From Bacillota bacterium (GTDB lineage Bacteria > Patescibacteriota > Minisyncoccia > Phycocordibacterales > Phycocordibacteraceae), in contig JBLNCF010000004.1 in NCBI GenBank assembly GCA_050260455.1, positions 15,917-79,916 of the forward strand: DNA of 64,000 bases. Direction: 5' to 3'. The notes under the pieces were generated by a model. The model was not told the DNA's origin. It saw only the letters and a list, made by a program, of their open reading frames with translations, and did not search any database. The translations under genes and the position numbers were made by a program. Of the stretch, positions 47,466 through 63,494 are shown piece after piece (positions within the stretch are counted from its first letter, which is position 1; the number at the start of each line of letters is the position of its first letter).

Positions 47466-47936
47466 TCAGCTTCTGGTCCCTGTCTCTCCCTCATGGAAGG
47501 GGTTCGTCAGGAAAGACGTCCGGCTGGTCTTCAAGGTGCCACGTCTTCCAGGTCTGGCCATGGTGCAGTCCAATTCGATGGAGCCGTAGAAGAACGCATC
47601 CTTCCACGGACCTTCGGTGAGCTGGCCAGCATTTTGGGCCAGATCGTTCCGGAAACGGCCGAGCACAAACCAGTGGTTGCCGTTGGCCTCGTCATGGTGC
47701 ACTCCTTCAATTTCAGCGTGGGCGACACCGAGGCAACCTTCTGCCGTTGGGCGCTGGGATTCGTGAGGCCAGTCCGTTTCGGTGTAGATGGCGAGTTTAA
47801 CGAGGCGCTCTGAGTTCTTGAGGTGGCGGCGGAGGCGCAGAACCCGAAAGATGCGATCTTCGGTCATGCCGTCGCTGAACGAGAAGTGGTATGTCTGATC
47901 GTACGAAAGAGCTTTGGTCTGATTAGCTGACGGCAC
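47466..47936 (-). CDS. hypothetical protein
   Basis: 156 aa. Shares a convergent terminator with gdh. No confident family assignment. Confidence 0.4.
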   Translation of the reverse strand: MPSANQTKALSYDQTYHFSFSDGMTEDRIFRVLRLRRHLKNSERLVKLAIYTETDWPHESQRPTAEGCLGVAHAEIEGVHHDEANGNHWFVLGRFRNDLAQNAGQLTEGPWKDAFFYGSIELDCTMARPGRRGTLKTSRTSFLTNPFHEGETGTRS

Positions 47937-48286
47937 TGGATCCTCTCCCTATCTAGCCCGCGAGATGATGCCCGGCCAAGCCGAGTATCGGCACTCTACG
48001 CCCCACATCTCCAAATGTCACGCGTTTGAGGGGCAGGAACGAAGAAGCCCCGCCGGAAGTGGCGGGGCTTCAGCAATCATGGATGGAGGCGTTAGCCGAA
48101 GAAGGCTTGGCGGGCACCGGCGATGAGGATGATGACCGTCCCCAGGGCCAGCGACCAGCAGGTGATCCGTGCGCTCCAGACATGATTGCTGTCACTGTCA
48201 TCAAATGGCTTGTGAGCCATGGCGAACTCCTGTCTGCTGCCTTTAGTGACCATACTGCACGCGGTGCGTGCTCGCAATCTTGGGGA

Positions 48287-50245
48287 TTACGCCACCAGCG
48301 CGAAATCGAGCTCGCGTTCGGGCACGCGCGCTTCGATGAGCTTCACACGGATAGGATCGCCGAGCGCGAATTGTTTCTTGGTACGTTCGCCGACGATGCG
48401 ATAGCGCTTCTCGTCATAGATGAAGTAGTCGTCGCCGAGATTGCGAATGTGGATCATGCCTTCGGCGCGTGTTTCGTTAAGCTCGACATAGAGACCGCGG
48501 TCGGAGACGCCCGAGATGACGCCATCGAATTCCTGCTCAATCTTGTCGGACATGTACTCGACGATCTTGAGCTTGATGGAATCGCGCTCGGCTTCAACGG
48601 CAGCGGCTTCGCGTTCGCTCGAATGAAGGGCGAGGTCGTTCAATTCCGCAAATGCCTGTTTCGTGAAGGTCTCACCGTTACGATAGTGCTTCACGAGACG
48701 ATGGATGAGGAGGTCAGGGTAGCGACGAATCGGGGAAGTGAAGTGAGTGTAGTACTCGAAGGCGAGACCGAAGTGCCCAACGTTCTTCGTGGTGTAAATA
48801 GCCTTTGCCATAGAGCGCAGAGTCGCGGTCTTGATGAGGTACTCCTCGGGCGTACCCTTCACCTTCTCGAGCAGCTGGTTGATATCGGTACCTTTCACAT
48901 GACCTGCACGGGTCTCAAGGTCGTAGCCCATGACCTTAAGGAACTGCGAGAGGTTTTCGATACGCTCTGCATCCGGGAGATCGTGGATGCGATAGATGAC
49001 GGAATTCTGGATGCCTGCTTTCCGCGCTTCCTCCGAGAGCATCATCGCGACGTGCTCGTTGGCGAGCAGCATGAAATCCTCGATAAGGAGATTAGTGTCG
49101 CGACGCTCCTTGAGCTCGATCTTGATTGGCTTGCCGGTCTCATCGAGACGCACCTTCACTTCGGGGGTATCAAAGGCGATAGCGCCCTTTGCGGTGCGAC
49201 GATCGCGAATCTTGAAGGCGAGGGTGCGCAGTGTATTGAGCTCGTCGAGGAAATCGCCCGACTGATCATCGAGTACCTGCTGCGCGTCCTCATAGGTGAA
49301 GCGGCGATCGGAGTGGATGACGGTCTCACCGAACCAACTCGATACCACCTGCGCCTCTGAATCCAGTTCGAACACCGCTGACACCGCGAGACGGTCCTCG
49401 TTGGGATTAAGCGAGCAGAAGTTATTGGAGAGGACTTCCGGAAGCATGGGGATGGTGCGGTCCACGAGGTAGACGGAGGTCGCGCGCTTCCTAGCCTCAT
49501 CATCGATGGATGTGCCTGGACGAACGAAGTAGGAGACGTCCGCGATGTGGACGCCTACCTCGACATTCCCGTTATCGAGCTTCCGTACCGAGAGTGCGTC
49601 GTCAAAGTCCTTCGCGTCGAACGGGTCGATGGTAAACGTAGTGGCCTGCCGGAAGTCCTTCCTGCGGCCGCTCGCGATACCCTCGTTCGCATCTTTTTCA
49701 ATGAGCGCCTTGCCGGTGGTCTCCAGTTCCTCCGCCTCTTTCTGTACGCCAGGAGGGAAGTCACTGCGGAACCCGCTGCCGAGCGCGAGCGCACGCATCT
49801 CGGTCTCATGCACTCCTGCCGGGCCGATGATTTCCTCAAGGGTGCCCCAGGGGTACGGTTGATTTGCTGCCCAACCTTGGAAACGAATGAGTACCTTCTG
49901 ACCGATGGGGAGAGATTCGCCCTTCACGACGAAGGGCACGTACATCTTCTTCCAGTCCGGCGCGAGCATGGTGAGGCGCTCCTCTTTGTTCTCGACGAGC
50001 GTGCCGACGAACGTTTCGCGTGTGCGGGTGACGATGTCGACGACCTTGCCGATCTCGCGGACTTTCTTGGTGCGCGGGTCGGTCTCTTTGCCGACGATCT
50101 TCACCTGCACGATGTCGGTAGGGAAGGCGCCGCCCAGGTTCTCTCCTGGGATGAACAGGTCATCCTTATCAGGATCGTACGTAAAAAAACCCTTGCCGGT
50201 GCGGGTGATGGTGATGGGACCCTCGTATATGTCGTTGGATGTCAT
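48287..50245 (-). CDS. rnr: ribonuclease R / RNase II family exoribonuclease
   Basis: 652 aa. N-terminal OB/cold-shock region, RNB catalytic domain with FTIDPFDAKDFDDALS, C-terminal S1 domain. Confidence 0.9.
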   Translation of the reverse strand: MTSNDIYEGPITITRTGKGFFTYDPDKDDLFIPGENLGGAFPTDIVQVKIVGKETDPRTKKVREIGKVVDIVTRTRETFVGTLVENKEERLTMLAPDWKKMYVPFVVKGESLPIGQKVLIRFQGWAANQPYPWGTLEEIIGPAGVHETEMRALALGSGFRSDFPPGVQKEAEELETTGKALIEKDANEGIASGRRKDFRQATTFTIDPFDAKDFDDALSVRKLDNGNVEVGVHIADVSYFVRPGTSIDDEARKRATSVYLVDRTIPMLPEVLSNNFCSLNPNEDRLAVSAVFELDSEAQVVSSWFGETVIHSDRRFTYEDAQQVLDDQSGDFLDELNTLRTLAFKIRDRRTAKGAIAFDTPEVKVRLDETGKPIKIELKERRDTNLLIEDFMLLANEHVAMMLSEEARKAGIQNSVIYRIHDLPDAERIENLSQFLKVMGYDLETRAGHVKGTDINQLLEKVKGTPEEYLIKTATLRSMAKAIYTTKNVGHFGLAFEYYTHFTSPIRRYPDLLIHRLVKHYRNGETFTKQAFAELNDLALHSSEREAAAVEAERDSIKLKIVEYMSDKIEQEFDGVISGVSDRGLYVELNETRAEGMIHIRNLGDDYFIYDEKRYRIVGERTKKQFALGDPIRVKLIEARVPERELDFALVA

Positions 50246-50462
50246 TTCTCAAACTGTAGCAAATGACGCTGGTTTTGCTATGATGCGACCGGCCCCACTG
50301 TTGGGACCCATGCGCTGCAGGCACAGCGCGGGGCGGCAGATCGTTCTGAGCAGCTCGGTCTGCCGCCCTTGGGTCCTCGGCCCTGTACCTTCCTCCCGCG
50401 GCAGAGATGTCGCGTTTTTTATTTGACCCCGCATAGCCTTTCTGGTACGCTTCCCCGCATAT

Positions 50463-50927
50463 ATGTTGATGATCCGCTTCCAGCGAATTGGCCGCAAGAA
50501 CGACCCGGCGTTTCGCATTGCTGTGCTTGATAAGGCGTCCGGCCCCAAGGCGGGCAAGTATGTCGACCTCGTCGGCACCTATAACCCTAAGACCAAGGCG
50601 ACTACGCTCAAGGCTGACAGCATCAAGACCTGGATGGCCAAGGGCGCACAGGTGTCTGCATCTCTTCACAACCTTCTTGTGAAGGAGGGTGTGCTTGAGG
50701 CTCCGAAGACCGCCAAGGTCGTCTCGAAGAAGAATCTCGAGAAGAACATCGCCAAGCAGAAGGCGGAGGAAGAAGCAGCAGCTGCGAAGGCCGCTGAAGA
50801 GGCAGCTGCCGCCGCCGCAGCAGAAGCCGCTGCAGCAGCAGAGGAGGCCGCTCCGGCTGAAGAAGTAGCACCCGAAGCTGCTCCGGCAGAAGAGGCTGCC
50901 CCTGCGGAGGAAGCTCCGGCTGCGTAA
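50463..50927 (+). CDS. rpsP: 30S ribosomal protein S16 with Ala/Glu-rich C-terminal extension
   Basis: N-terminal MIRFQRIGRKNDPAFRIAVLD is S16. The last ~60 aa are an A/E/P low-complexity tail. Confidence 0.9.
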   Translation: MLMIRFQRIGRKNDPAFRIAVLDKASGPKAGKYVDLVGTYNPKTKATTLKADSIKTWMAKGAQVSASLHNLLVKEGVLEAPKTAKVVSKKNLEKNIAKQKAEEEAAAAKAAEEAAAAAAAEAAAAAEEAAPAEEVAPEAAPAEEAAPAEEAPAA

Positions 50928-50990
50928 CCTTCCGCCGCGCCTGCGGCACCTGCTCGCCGTTACTCCTTATTCCCGACACTCTGAAACGAT

Positions 50991-51290
50991 ATGGAACAAG
51001 ATCACGCATTTCTCGATTACGTTATTAAGGCTCTCGTCGATCATCCCGAAGCGGTGGTCATCACCCGCACGGTAGATGAGATGGGCGTGCTCCTTACGCT
51101 CACTGTGGATGCGGATGATATGGGCAAGATCATTGGACGCGATGGCAATATCGCTAAGGCACTCCGCACCCTCCTGCGCGTCGTAGGTATGAAGCACAAC
51201 GCGCGCGTGAACCTGAAGATCAACGAGCCGGTGGGCGGTAAGCGCGATGGTGAGGTGCGCTCGGTCGACGAAGTAATCGACTCCCTCTAA
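50991..51290 (+). CDS. KH-domain RNA-binding protein (YlqC/UPF0109)
   Basis: 99 aa. VIGRDGNIAKALRTL is a GxxG KH loop. Canonical position after rpsP. Confidence 0.8.
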   Translation: MEQDHAFLDYVIKALVDHPEAVVITRTVDEMGVLLTLTVDADDMGKIIGRDGNIAKALRTLLRVVGMKHNARVNLKINEPVGGKRDGEVRSVDEVIDSL

Positions 51291-51335
51291 CAGAACGCGG
51301 GGCTTCTAGCCCCGCGTTCGCGTTACACTTTCGTT

Positions 51336-51995
51336 ATGCTTCGATTTCATCTCATTACGCTTTTCCCAGAAGCCTGTGATACGTATCTCTCCGCATCTAT
51401 TCTTGGTCGCGCCCGTCGTGACAAGAAGATTTCCGTCGACTATCACTCTCCGCGTGATTTCGTAGATAACAAATGGGGGAAGGTGGACGAGCGTCCCTAT
51501 GGTGGCGGTCCGGGAATGGTCATGACTGCGTTGCCGGTCGTACGTGCTGCAAAGAAGTCACTCGGACGAAAGAAAGGGAAGGCAGCGTTCGTATGGTTCT
51601 CGCCATCGGCAAAACCATTCACTAATAAAGAAGCGGACGCTCTGGCAAGATTTGATGATGTTGTTTTGATTTGTGGCCGCTACGAAGGCATTGATGATCG
51701 CGCTCGGGTGATGTTGAAGAAGCTCGGTACTGTCAAGGAGTATTCCGTAGGAGAGGCAGTGCTCACGGGCGCGGAGGCACCAGCCATGATCATCGTAGAT
51801 GCGATAACTCGCCGTTTGCCTGGGGTGCTTGGGAAAGACGAGTCGGTGGAGGAGCGTCGCATCGCATCTCCTGCGGTCTACACACGTCCAGAAGTCCTTG
51901 AGTGGGAAGGGAAGAAGTATCGAGTACCCAAGGTGCTCCTCACAGGACATCACGCGAACATAAACGCGCACCGCGCGAAGAAGCAGAGTAAATGA
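51336..51995 (+). CDS. trmD: tRNA (guanine37-N1)-methyltransferase
   Basis: 219 aa. SPOUT/TrmD motifs (ITLFPE, YGGGPGMVM, GRYEGIDDR). Confidence 0.9.
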   Translation: MLRFHLITLFPEACDTYLSASILGRARRDKKISVDYHSPRDFVDNKWGKVDERPYGGGPGMVMTALPVVRAAKKSLGRKKGKAAFVWFSPSAKPFTNKEADALARFDDVVLICGRYEGIDDRARVMLKKLGTVKEYSVGEAVLTGAEAPAMIIVDAITRRLPGVLGKDESVEERRIASPAVYTRPEVLEWEGKKYRVPKVLLTGHHANINAHRAKKQSK

Positions 51996-52060
51996 TTTGA
52001 CGGCTGTGCGAGGGCGGAGCAGACTGGAAACAGTGCCCTAACTCAAAGGGCAGGGGAGGA

Positions 52061-52684
52061 TTGAAAATGAAATATGGTCTTATGTCGTTCGGGCATGCTG
52101 CGGTTGCCACGGCCGCGCTCGCTCTTCTAGGCGCCTTCGGGCAATCATTCGTGTCGGCGGAGGGGATTGCTGCCGCGATCTTGTTCCTGCTTTCGCTCGC
52201 CCTCATCTTGATCGGCCTGTATCAAGAAGACGAAGCTTCACATGCACACCTGATCGTATGGGGACTGCTCGCGTGGCCGATCGTGATTGCGCTCGGGCTC
52301 GCTGCGGCTCACCAGACGGAAGGAAGCGTCTTCCTGTCGGCACTGTTTGCCGGAGGAATCGCGGGCGGGGTATATCACCTCGAGCGGAGGTATCGACTGG
52401 AACGGAGTCCACTTGCCGAAGCCTTCGGTATCCAGGTCGTATACGCCCTCGCGCTTCTGCTCGCATCCCGAAGCGCAGATACTCCGCTTCAAGTTGCAGG
52501 AGTGTCCTGGGCCATCACGGCGGGGATTGCCATGATCCTGCTGGTTCCGGCGTTCGTGCGAGTGCTTCGCATGAAGCCGAGATCCCCTCGACATAGGAAG
52601 CGTCGCGGTATCCTTGCAGTACTGGATTTCGTGGATCTGCCCCCATGGGCACCACCAAATCCTGAAGCTTCACCGCAGGCCTAG
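52061..52684 (+). CDS. hypothetical polytopic membrane protein
   Basis: 207 aa, 5-6 predicted TM helices, basic C-terminus. Good SD (AGGGGAGGA) upstream. Confidence 0.45.
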   Translation: MKMKYGLMSFGHAAVATAALALLGAFGQSFVSAEGIAAAILFLLSLALILIGLYQEDEASHAHLIVWGLLAWPIVIALGLAAAHQTEGSVFLSALFAGGIAGGVYHLERRYRLERSPLAEAFGIQVVYALALLLASRSADTPLQVAGVSWAITAGIAMILLVPAFVRVLRMKPRSPRHRKRRGILAVLDFVDLPPWAPPNPEASPQA

Positions 52685-52760
52685 CTGAACGTAGATTCGA
52701 CAGGACGTACAAAGGCGGTCTCTCTCGGGAGACCGCCTCGATTTTTATACTCGACAGGTA

Positions 52761-52789
52761 TTGACAAATATATTTTATATTGATATACA
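52761..52789 (+). promoter_or_regulatory. sigma-70-type promoter (TTGACA-N17-TATACA) in an AT-rich patch
   Basis: ttgacaaatatattttatattgatatacaat about 50 nt upstream of the 52839 ORF. Perfect -35, 17-nt spacer, TGaTATACA extended -10-like. Confidence 0.5.
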
Positions 52790-52838
52790 ATAGTCTGGAA
52801 CCTTCCGGATAGCATCCGCAAGGAATGGAAACAGTGCA

Positions 52839-53177
52839 ATGTCCATGTTGCTTGAAACTCTTCGCGACTGCATCGATTACCTCGGTGACGGTCGCCCTGA
52901 CCTGCTTGGCCTGAGCGTGGTGGGTCTTATCGTGCTCGGGACTGCTCAAGCAGTCGGAACGGCCACGGTGGGATTCGACACCGACCGGAAGCAGATCGGC
53001 ATCGCCCTCGCCATTGCGGCTCTGCTGGCTTTCACCTGGTTCACGCCGCCCTTGGCTGACTTCCCGATGCTGGTCATCGGCGTGCCGGTGGCGCTCATCC
53101 TCGGTACGGCGTACGGCTGGCACATCTGGCCGCAAGTCCTGCGTCACCAGCAACAAAAGCGCATGGCGCACCACTAA
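52839..53177 (+). CDS. hypothetical small membrane protein
   Basis: 112 aa, 3 hydrophobic helices. Preceded by a consensus-like promoter and followed by a terminator. Confidence 0.4.
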   Translation: MSMLLETLRDCIDYLGDGRPDLLGLSVVGLIVLGTAQAVGTATVGFDTDRKQIGIALAIAALLAFTWFTPPLADFPMLVIGVPVALILGTAYGWHIWPQVLRHQQQKRMAHH

Positions 53178-53205
53178 ACGGCAGTACCACAGAACAAAAA
53201 AGTTG

Positions 53206-53245
53206 ACCTGGCTCCCCTCAAAAGGAGCCGGTTCTTTTTATCCCA
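53206..53245 (+). terminator. intrinsic terminator upstream of the rpoBC promoter
   Basis: ctggctcc-cctcaaaa-ggagccgg followed by ttcttttta. Confidence 0.75.
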
Positions 53246-53254
53246 AGGCTCCGC

Positions 53255-53283
53255 TTGACGCCCTTTCAAGCCGGGCGTATCTT
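53255..53283 (+). promoter_or_regulatory. candidate rpoBC promoter (TTGACG-N17-TATCTT) with about 190-nt leader
   Basis: Immediately downstream of a terminator. Good -35, canonical spacing. Confidence 0.4.
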
Positions 53284-53477
53284 ATGAATACGAGTGAGTA
53301 ACGGGGGATAGGGGCTTCTACAGATTTCAATTATTTACCAGCGTCTCGGAAAACGAGGGACGCGGCTCGTGGCGTTTGCACGAGCCCTATTGGCGTTTCT
53401 AGGGAGCGCATTCAAGAATCCTGACCGGAAGAGGACTCTTGAATGGGCTCCGTCCGAGGCTAAATACCAGACGATCA

Positions 53478-56657
<3,180 letters not shown>

Positions 56658-56670
56658 CTCTCTAAGACCT

Positions 56671-60402
<3,732 letters not shown>

Positions 60403-60424
60403 CAGCTATTCAGAATTCTCAATG

Positions 60425-60493
60425 CAAAACGGTCCGCTACAGGCGGGCCGTTTTGCATAACAAAGATCCGCTGCGTCTCCCGGGCAGCGGATA
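60425..60493. terminator. two hairpins between rpoC (+) and the convergent minus-strand gene
   Basis: aaaacggtccgc-taca-ggcgggccgtttt (after rpoC) and atccgctgc-gtctcccgg-gcagcggat (about 60463-60493, facing the minus-strand gene). Confidence 0.6.
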
Positions 60494-60521
60494 GGGTGAG
60501 AATGGGACATTTCTTGTTATG

Positions 60522-61078
60522 TCAGTGAGTTGCAAGTCGCAGGTGAACGGAATTGAGCATGATCTTGATGCCGTGTGCCATAGCCACACCCGTGCCCGGT
60601 ATAAGAAGGAGACCGTTCTCGGTCATCTTGCAGAAATCGTGCACGGTGGGTGTATCCCGTTTTTCTCTCCGAGCGAAGTTGCGTATTCGGACTGCTGACG
60701 CAAGGGAGATGTTATTCATGAGTGCACGGCCGATGGTGAAGAAATCGGTGAGCGGCCAGGAGCCATACGTGTCGGGGAACAGGCGTTCGTTGCGTATAGT
60801 CCTGATTTCCTCGTCCACAAGATCTTCGACACTCTCAATGAGGGCGATAGTGGCCACTTTGCTAATGCCCAGTCCTGTACCGATCTCGTGAGCCGATGCG
60901 GGTATGAAACCACGGAGGCCATAGTACGCAGTAAACGCAACAAACTTACGAACATCGTGTGCTTCTACTAACCAGAGCGCTTGGGTGAGCGCACGGGCGG
61001 CATCTTCTTGCGGTTCGATGTCGAGTTTATCGATAAGCTCAAGCGGTACCAAGTCTTGTCGGTGCTCGGTGTGCATGG
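60522..61078 (-). CDS. hypothetical protein (possible C-terminal HTH)
   Basis: Track ORF 60522..61400 trimmed to the internal Met (MHTEHRQ...). The upstream 108 codons are low-complexity and overlap a structured leader/terminator region. EIGTGLGISKVATIALIESVED resembles an HTH. Confidence 0.35.
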
Positions 61079-61269
61079 GGTGCCCCTCTCTCAATGTGCA
61101 GCCGAAAAGATTCTCGCGTGAGCACGGTGAAAACGTCGTTAAAGTGAAAGGCCGTCGCGCGAGGGGATGGTGCGCAACGGCCTTGGTCTGCTCCGTTCTC
61201 CGGTAGGAGGGTAGTTTGGCCGCAAGGAGCAGAGCTGCCGTTAGTGTGGCGCATCGATACTGAAGACTG

Positions 61270-61302
61270 AATGAAAAGTGCCGCGGGGGTGAGCCCGCGG
61301 CG
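61270..61302 (-). terminator. intrinsic terminator after the minus-strand gene 61319..61666
   Basis: On the minus strand: GCCGCGGGCUCACCCCCGCGGC followed by ACUUUUCAUU. Confidence 0.65.
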
Positions 61303-61318
61303 AAGGTCGAACGGAACG

Positions 61319-61666
61319 TTAGTTTGAGGAGGGCGGCAGCAGATTCCAGTGTATGGGCACGGAGGCACCGCTTCCCAGATAGAAGTTCTCGTCGCTGCAC
61401 ACGGAGGCAAAGAACGGGAAAAGCTTTGGTAGGTGTTCGGGCCGGCTGTTGAGCGTGTCGAAGAAAAGATGCTTCACGAGCTCCTGGAGCGCGGTTGCTG
61501 CACGGTTGTCTTCGATTCGGGGATCCTCGAATCGGGGAACGGCGTCCCTGAACTCCTCGGAGATCTGGGTCAGCCGCTCAAGCGTCTTTCCGGGATCGAG
61601 CTCCCGCTTCCTTACGCTCAAGTTCGATGCTTCCTTAAGGAGTTCGAGTATGCGTAGCTGGTTCAC
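61319..61666 (-). CDS. hypothetical protein
   Basis: 115 aa. Followed on its strand by a GC-rich hairpin plus U-tract. Divergent from dnaG. Confidence 0.4.
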   Translation of the reverse strand: MNQLRILELLKEASNLSVRKRELDPGKTLERLTQISEEFRDAVPRFEDPRIEDNRAATALQELVKHLFFDTLNSRPEHLPKLFPFFASVCSDENFYLGSGASVPIHWNLLPPSSN

Positions 61667-61721
61667 GATAAGCCTCGTTGTGGGTGGGGTCTGTAATCAT
61701 TTAAGCATAGAAATACGGATA

Positions 61722-61750
61722 TGTCAAAATGCGTTGTAAAGCGATAGAAT
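61722..61750 (+). promoter_or_regulatory. candidate dnaG-rpoD promoter (TGTCAA-N17-TAGAAT), leaderless geometry
   Basis: The -10 ends 7 nt before the second in-frame ATG (61758) of dnaG. The first ATG (61749) lies inside the -10. Confidence 0.4.
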
Positions 61751-63440
61751 GGAGCAAATGGCGAGCGATTCTGTCGAGAAAATAAAGAGCCGGCTGTCCA
61801 TCGTGGATGTGGTGTCGCCGTACGTGAAGCTCGCGAAGTCCGGCCGGTATTGGAAGGGACTGTCGCCCTTTAATAAGGAGAAGACTCCTTCTTTCTTCGT
61901 GAACGTCGATCGCGGCAGCTACTACTGCTTCAGTACCTCGCAGGGGGGCGATATGTTCACGTTCATCCAGAAGATGGAAGGCGTGGACTTCAGAGGCGCT
62001 CTGAAGATCCTTGCGGAGAAGGCGGGCGTGGAGCTTGTGCAGGATCCCCATGCGAGCGAAAAGAAAGGGAAGGTGGATCGTTTGCGTGAAGCGATGGCGC
62101 GTGCTGAAGCGTACTATGCCGCTGCGCTCACCGGGAAATCGCCCGCGTACGAGTACGCGCTTTCGCGTGGCCTCTCCAAGGAAACGATTCGTGCGTGGGG
62201 ATTAGGTGTTGCCCCCGACGCCTGGCGCGATCTGTTAGAAGAACTGCAGAAGGGAGGGTTCACCCAGCAGGAACTTCTCGATGCTGGACTCATCAAAGAG
62301 GCAGATGGTAAGGCAGGTACCTGGTACGACCGATTCCGTAACCGCCTCATATTCCCGATCCGTGATTCGGCAGGACGCACCGTTGCGTTCACGGGTCGTG
62401 CGCTTGATCCCAATGATCAGGCTAAATATCTCAACTCTCCCGAAACCGAACTCTACAAAAAGCACGAGATTCTCTTCGGCATGGATAAAGCCAAGGACGC
62501 TATCCGCTCGCGCGGTTTCACCCTTCTCGTTGAAGGGCAGATGGATCTCCTCCACCTTCATCAGATCGGTTTCAGTAATACGGTGGCGCTCTCGGGTACT
62601 GCCTTATCGAAAGAGCATCTCTCGCTCATGAAGCGCTATGCAGACAACCTCATGCTTGCGCTTGATTCTGATCGAGCCGGTCTTGCAGCGACTGCGAAGA
62701 ATGCCATCGAGGCACTTCGTGCAGGAATGAAGGTGAAAGCGGTGCTCATGCCGGAAGGGAAGGACCCTGCTGATATTGCCAAGGAGGATCCGAAAGTATT
62801 CACGAAGCTCGTGGCGGATGCGCAGCCCATCGTCGAGTTCTTCCTGGCGGTACTCACTTCAAAAGAGAAGGATCCTCACCGACTTGTCACGGCGGTAGAG
62901 AAAGTAGTACTGCCCATTGTGGGAGCCATCCAGAGTCCCATGGAGCGTGAGCACTTCGTAGGCGTTGTCGCCCGCGCCATCGGCTCGACACCAGACGCGG
63001 TTCGCGGTTCGCTGGCTCGAACAAGTATTGCAGAAAGAGGAAGCCAACAACCCACTGCTGGTCCCGCTTCGACAGCACCCAGCCTTTCTACTCGAGAGCA
63101 TCGCGCCACACTCCTCCATGCCGTTGCCGTCACCTATGCGGGCACCGACCTTGCCAGAAGGGTAGAAAATGAGTATATTCGTATTAACGGCACGCCGTTC
63201 CCGGAGACTCTTCCGGACGAGCGCTGGCTATTTGAGGCGGGACTTTCCTACGAGGAGACGCCTTCAGAACACGCAGCAGACGATTTGCTCAAGGCATTCG
63301 AGAACATAGTGCTCACGGATCAGCTGGCATCGGCGACTACGCGCCTCAGGCTCGCTGAAGCATCGGGCAATGAGAACGAGATCAAAGCAGCGATAGAGGA
63401 GTGCAACGACCTGCGCACGAGATTGGCGCGGCTCGGGTAG
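61749..63440 (+). CDS. dnaG: DNA primase
   Basis: CHC2 zinc finger (CPFHNEKTPSF-type, here SPFNKEKTPSF...CFSTSQGGD), TOPRIM (EGQMDLL, DSDRAG). The true start may be the second ATG at 61758. Confidence 0.9.
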   Translation: MEQMASDSVEKIKSRLSIVDVVSPYVKLAKSGRYWKGLSPFNKEKTPSFFVNVDRGSYYCFSTSQGGDMFTFIQKMEGVDFRGALKILAEKAGVELVQDPHASEKKGKVDRLREAMARAEAYYAAALTGKSPAYEYALSRGLSKETIRAWGLGVAPDAWRDLLEELQKGGFTQQELLDAGLIKEADGKAGTWYDRFRNRLIFPIRDSAGRTVAFTGRALDPNDQAKYLNSPETELYKKHEILFGMDKAKDAIRSRGFTLLVEGQMDLLHLHQIGFSNTVALSGTALSKEHLSLMKRYADNLMLALDSDRAGLAATAKNAIEALRAGMKVKAVLMPEGKDPADIAKEDPKVFTKLVADAQPIVEFFLAVLTSKEKDPHRLVTAVEKVVLPIVGAIQSPMEREHFVGVVARAIGSTPDAVRGSLARTSIAERGSQQPTAGPASTAPSLSTREHRATLLHAVAVTYAGTDLARRVENEYIRINGTPFPETLPDERWLFEAGLSYEETPSEHAADDLLKAFENIVLTDQLASATTRLRLAEASGNENEIKAAIEECNDLRTRLARLG

Positions 63441-63494
63441 CCTCGTTCACAGCTCGTTCATCTTTTTCTCTTACAATCCTTTTATTTACACTCT

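Noticed and set aside
48026-49360. 444-aa + strand ORF overlapping rnr
   Set aside because: Antisense to the RNase R RNB domain. Composition typical of a GC-rich shadow frame.
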